Position numbers and translations under genes: made by a program | Notes under the pieces: model-generated | What the model saw: the letters and a program-made list of their open reading frames with translations, nothing else | Database searches by the model: none | What the model was told of the DNA's origin: nothing | DNA from: Psammoneis japonica | Taxonomy: Eukaryota | Assembly: GCA_008632985.1 (NCBI GenBank) | Contig: QPGO01000061.1 | Location: 310,001 to 374,000 of the forward strand | Length of the DNA: 64,000 nt | Reading direction: 5' to 3' | In this document: positions 60,278 to 64,000 of the stretch, piece after piece | Numbering within the stretch: position 1 is the stretch's first letter | Layout of the letters: each line of letters begins with the position of its first letter

Positions 60278-60654
60278 CTCTAGTGGTTATCCGTACAGAT
60301 ATCATATTTGGGGTAAATATGATATCAATATGATACTCCAATCCCAAACGCCACCACTATTTTTCCAATGATCCCTAATTGTTTTGCCGTTGATAGCAAA
60401 GCGTTAAACACCGCAGGGCATAGGGGCGTATGGTTAACATAAGGGAAAAGCGATCGGAAGAAGCATTTGAAGGCTTCTGCATACATAAGAAATGAGTTCG
60501 TTGCAGTCGGGGGCCACGAATCAATCGTCGGCACGCTATTTTTCGCGCGAAAATATGATATTTCATATGATATCTCGTAGAATCAGTACCAGGATCGCCG
60601 TAGCCAGGAATATCATATATGATATCATGATACTTGTACGGATAACCACTAGAG
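60278..60654. mobile_element. MITE-like element, 377 bp
   Basis: Perfect 20-bp TIR CTCTAGTGGTTATCCGTACA (60278-60297; reverse complement at 60635-60654); subterminal GATATCATAT motifs; flanks TAGGCC and TAGGCA. Confidence 0.8.
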
Positions 60655-61343
60655 TAGGCAGGGCCCCAATCACTCAATTCCGCCGACGCAACAACACCAA
60701 CACATGCAAACCCATTAGGCCCTAGCAGTGCACGCCCATGATGGACAAAGTGCTTCCATTCGTTCTAGCCCTTACGCGTCTGCTTTTTTTTAATTATTAT
60801 GGTTGGTGCATGTTTATTGTGTCGCTCGGCATAATAACAACATATGAAAAATCAGTGCAGTGCAATATCCGAGCGATTCGTAGATACCCAGGAATATGGA
60901 ATTTGATTGGCTGAAACACGTCACAGTTACAGATGGGGCAATACTATCTTATCGCGGTCGACCGTTGAGCTCACAATATTTCAGTTGCAGACGCTCACAA
61001 TTACTCGATCACCAGCACGATGCAATACGAGTGCTTGCAACAGCAAAACGTATGATTCTTAAAATTTTCATCAAATCCAGATCTTCAAGGAATCAAAATT
61101 GGAATCGGATTGGCGTTAAATGGCAATGTCGAATTTCAAGACCAATCACCGACGACGACGAAACAAGAATGGTTTGCGGTGCACAAAACCACGTCTGGTT
61201 TATCATTTCTTCATGTTGTCGTGCACGGAATGAACTCGGAAACAAGCACAAGCATCAGTGTAAAGAGTGTTGAACAAGAGAATAACAACCAAAAGCGATA
61301 CGCACCGGTCTCGTTCAACCGCATCCCACAATAAGACAAGATC

Positions 61344-64000
61344 ATGAACATCAAGTCCCTCCCTTCGTTGTTGCGACTGTCTCCCGTTCTTGCCTTATTC
61401 TCGGCATACCCATGCTTGCCACTTGCAGATGCATCAAACAATATCTTCCTCCGACCACAGAGTCGACAAGTCAATCCGTGCGACAATGCGACCGAACAAG
61501 TACTCGAGATCTCCGTCTTGGTGGAGCACACGGGTGAGCCACTCAACGTGACAGATGCAGAGCTGAATGCTCTTGAAGACGCCTTTGCCACGTCCTACAA
61601 TCAGACCGCCAGAAACTCCTGTGGCAACGATGGAGGCTTTCGAGTCATTGGCAGCGTAACCATTGACAGAGAAGTCACCTCTGGACTTACCGTTGGTGAA
61701 AATGCCACACGTCGAGTTGCAACAACGAGGCAGACGAATGATATTCGTGTTGAGTTTACCTATATTTACAGAGTATCCCTTCGCTGCCTTGGTTGTACCA
61801 GCGATTCTCAACTTTTTTCCACAGACGAAAACAGGGCTAGAAGGCAAATGGAAATGCTCAATGACAATGTATCCGGCAGCCAAGAGAAAGAACAAGACCT
61901 TTCAGCCCCAAAAGGAGGAGTAAAGGGATTGAGGCCCAACAGATCTTTATTGCTTACCAAGAAGAGCCCTGAAGAAGATCCCAAGGCCGGCATGATAAAG
62001 CTACGCAAGCCCTCAAGAACTAGCAAGACCAAGCTAACCAGTGATGAAGAAATTGATTTCGCTGTCGAAGCTCGTCAAGATGAGGATCAGTGTCGATGCG
62101 TGGCTCCGTTTGCTGAAGACTTTCTCGAGACATTCAACACTGTGATTGAAGGATTAGTTACCGTCGGTATCCTCACCAATGTGGACTCGGCCGATGCCGT
62201 GTACGAGTTGGCACCTGTCGATTGTGGCCCTGAAACCTTGTTTCAATCCGTTGTTTCGGTCATCCATACGGGCGATCCAAGCGCAATTACTCAAGGTGAA
62301 CTTGTGGCTTTGCAGGATGGCTATCGTGAAACATACAACGAATTGAATGCTTTGAATGGCGAAATTTGCGATATTTTGTTCAGGGTGCTTGAAACTGTTG
62401 AGATCGATACGAACCCCAGCGATACACTTTCTCCTACAACACGTCCCACACTACCTCCTACTGGAGGTGGCAGCCCTGTCCCAACCCGTGCTCCAACCCT
62501 TCCACCAACGCGCCCGCCAACTTCTGCGCCTACTTTCGCCCCGGCAGGGGGGCGGCGTGTCTTCACGTTTCTTTACAGATGCACAGGCCGATGCAGAGGA
62601 TGTTCCTCCCGGTCCAACCTTTTTGATGATGTAAGCGGTCGTCGGTTACTACAAGAATCACTGCCATGGGCGGTAGAACCAAGATTCCTTCAATCAAACA
62701 GCACTCTTAATGACACTTGTTTCTGTCCGATTGATGCTGAACTCCGAGCGCCCGGTGAAGTAGAGTTTCAGAGAGAGTTCGAAGATACAATTGAGATACT
62801 GCGAGAAAATGGTGTTATTCAGAGTATTGATCCAAACGTCATTGTTGAAGATTTGGTGCCTGCTCCTGTCGTACCCACTCCAATAATCACCCCTGCTCCG
62901 AGTCGTTTTTTTACCCCCTTTCCCAGTGCCTTGACGCCAGCCCCGTCTTTTGCAAGCACCCCATCTCCAACAACGGGTACGACTCCAGCTCCGACGGTAG
63001 CAACTACACCCGCTCCTACCTCGGGTACGACTCCAGCTCCTACGGTAGCAACCACGCCCACTCCTACGACGGGTACGACTCCAGCTCCTACGGTAGCCAC
63101 CACACCCGCTCCTACGATGACCACAACTCCAGCTCCGACGGTAGCAACCACACCCGCTCCTACGACGATCACAACTCCAGCTCCGACGGTAGTAACCACA
63201 CCCGCTCCTACGATGACCACAACTCCAGCACCTACGGTAGCAACCACACCCGCTCCTACGACTTCAACAACTGCAGCTCCTACGGTAGTAACCACACCCG
63301 CTCCTACGACCTCGACGACACCAGCTCCTACGGCAGCAACCACACCCGCACCTACGACCTCGACGACTCCAGCTCCGACGGTAGCAACTACACCTGCTCC
63401 TACGACCTCGACGACTCCAGCTCCGACGGTAGCAATTTCACCTGCTCCTACGCCGTCAACGACTCCAGCTCCTACGGTAACAACCACATCTGCTCCTACG
63501 CCTTCGACGACTCCAGCTCCTACGCCGTCACTGACACCTGCTCCAACCCCGAGTCCGACTTCCTCTCCATCGCTGACACCAAGTCCATCTCCAGCGCCTC
63601 CACCGTCGCCTGCTCCGTCTCCGACTCCGATTCCTACGCCAGCGCCTACGCCGTCACCGACAACTGCTCCAACCCCCATTCCGACTCCCTCTCCATCACC
63701 TACCTTATCGCCAACACAATCGCCAGCCCCCTCCACAAGCCAATCTCCGTCACTTCCTCCTGATGAACAAAATGATCTTGTGACTTGTGTGTCCGTCATT
63801 GATGAATCAGACGTTCCGGATGTGACAATCACGCTGAAATGGGCCGAGCTGAGGCAGGCTTTTCCAGACCGTCCATTATGTCTTTTACAACCTAACCTCC
63901 CTGAGCCTGGCCCTTTCGGGGATGACCTCTTCCGTCCAATTGATTTTCAAAATGACCCTAAGGTTATCGATGAAGAAGTTTTTCGGGATGAGGGAGTTCC
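61344..64000 (+). CDS. Tandem paralog of 51356..55780, running off the window end
   Basis: ATG at 61344; high identity to 51356 onward; upstream region about 60915-61343 is also homologous to about 50958-51355; shorter repeat stalk. Confidence 0.9.
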   Translation, partial: MNIKSLPSLLRLSPVLALFSAYPCLPLADASNNIFLRPQSRQVNPCDNATEQVLEISVLVEHTGEPLNVTDAELNALEDAFATSYNQTARNSCGNDGGFRVIGSVTIDREVTSGLTVGENATRRVATTRQTNDIRVEFTYIYRVSLRCLGCTSDSQLFSTDENRARRQMEMLNDNVSGSQEKEQDLSAPKGGVKGLRPNRSLLLTKKSPEEDPKAGMIKLRKPSRTSKTKLTSDEEIDFAVEARQDEDQCRCVAPFAEDFLETFNTVIEGLVTVGILTNVDSADAVYELAPVDCGPETLFQSVVSVIHTGDPSAITQGELVALQDGYRETYNELNALNGEICDILFRVLETVEIDTNPSDTLSPTTRPTLPPTGGGSPVPTRAPTLPPTRPPTSAPTFAPAGGRRVFTFLYRCTGRCRGCSSRSNLFDDVSGRRLLQESLPWAVEPRFLQSNSTLNDTCFCPIDAELRAPGEVEFQREFEDTIEILRENGVIQSIDPNVIVEDLVPAPVVPTPIITPAPSRFFTPFPSALTPAPSFASTPSPTTGTTPAPTVATTPAPTSGTTPAPTVATTPTPTTGTTPAPTVATTPAPTMTTTPAPTVATTPAPTTITTPAPTVVTTPAPTMTTTPAPTVATTPAPTTSTTAAPTVVTTPAPTTSTTPAPTAATTPAPTTSTTPAPTVATTPAPTTSTTPAPTVAISPAPTPSTTPAPTVTTTSAPTPSTTPAPTPSLTPAPTPSPTSSPSLTPSPSPAPPPSPAPSPTPIPTPAPTPSPTTAPTPIPTPSPSPTLSPTQSPAPSTSQSPSLPPDEQNDLVTCVSVIDESDVPDVTITLKWAELRQAFPDRPLCLLQPNLPEPGPFGDDLFRPIDFQNDPKVIDEEVFRDEGV

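Overview
Eukaryotic, diatom-like genomic window: GT-AG introns, a CoDi-type Copia retrotransposon, plastid-targeting leaders and mucin-like secreted proteins. Host genes include an NTT-like transporter, AEC/PIN-like, DUF3500, DUF2235, SLOG, ankyrin, KIX, a receptor-like cNMP-dependent kinase and tandem FG-GAP/vWA mucin-like genes. Mobile DNA includes an ISL2EU/Harbinger-like element with an XPG-nuclease/SWIM companion gene, a tyrosine-recombinase retroelement relic, a full-length Copia (276-bp LTRs, CCAAC TSD) and a MITE. The main observation is a localized hypermutation that converts TpA to TpG or CpA (A-to-G on both strands), the reverse of fungal RIP. All 9 differences between the two Copia LTRs are of this type, with CpGs untouched. 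Conserved Tyr codons in gag-pol and the recombinase became Cys/His. Older blocks (about 9.4-11.5, 15.4-18.7, 25.8-27.5, 56.0-58.2 kb) have lost nearly all TpA and CpG, while TTTA/TAAA sites tend to survive. This looks like a repeat-directed genome-defence mutator that I do not recognise from established descriptions; the mechanism is inference only. Many genes carry frameshifts that may be assembly indel errors. Family assignments are from motif recognition, not database searches.
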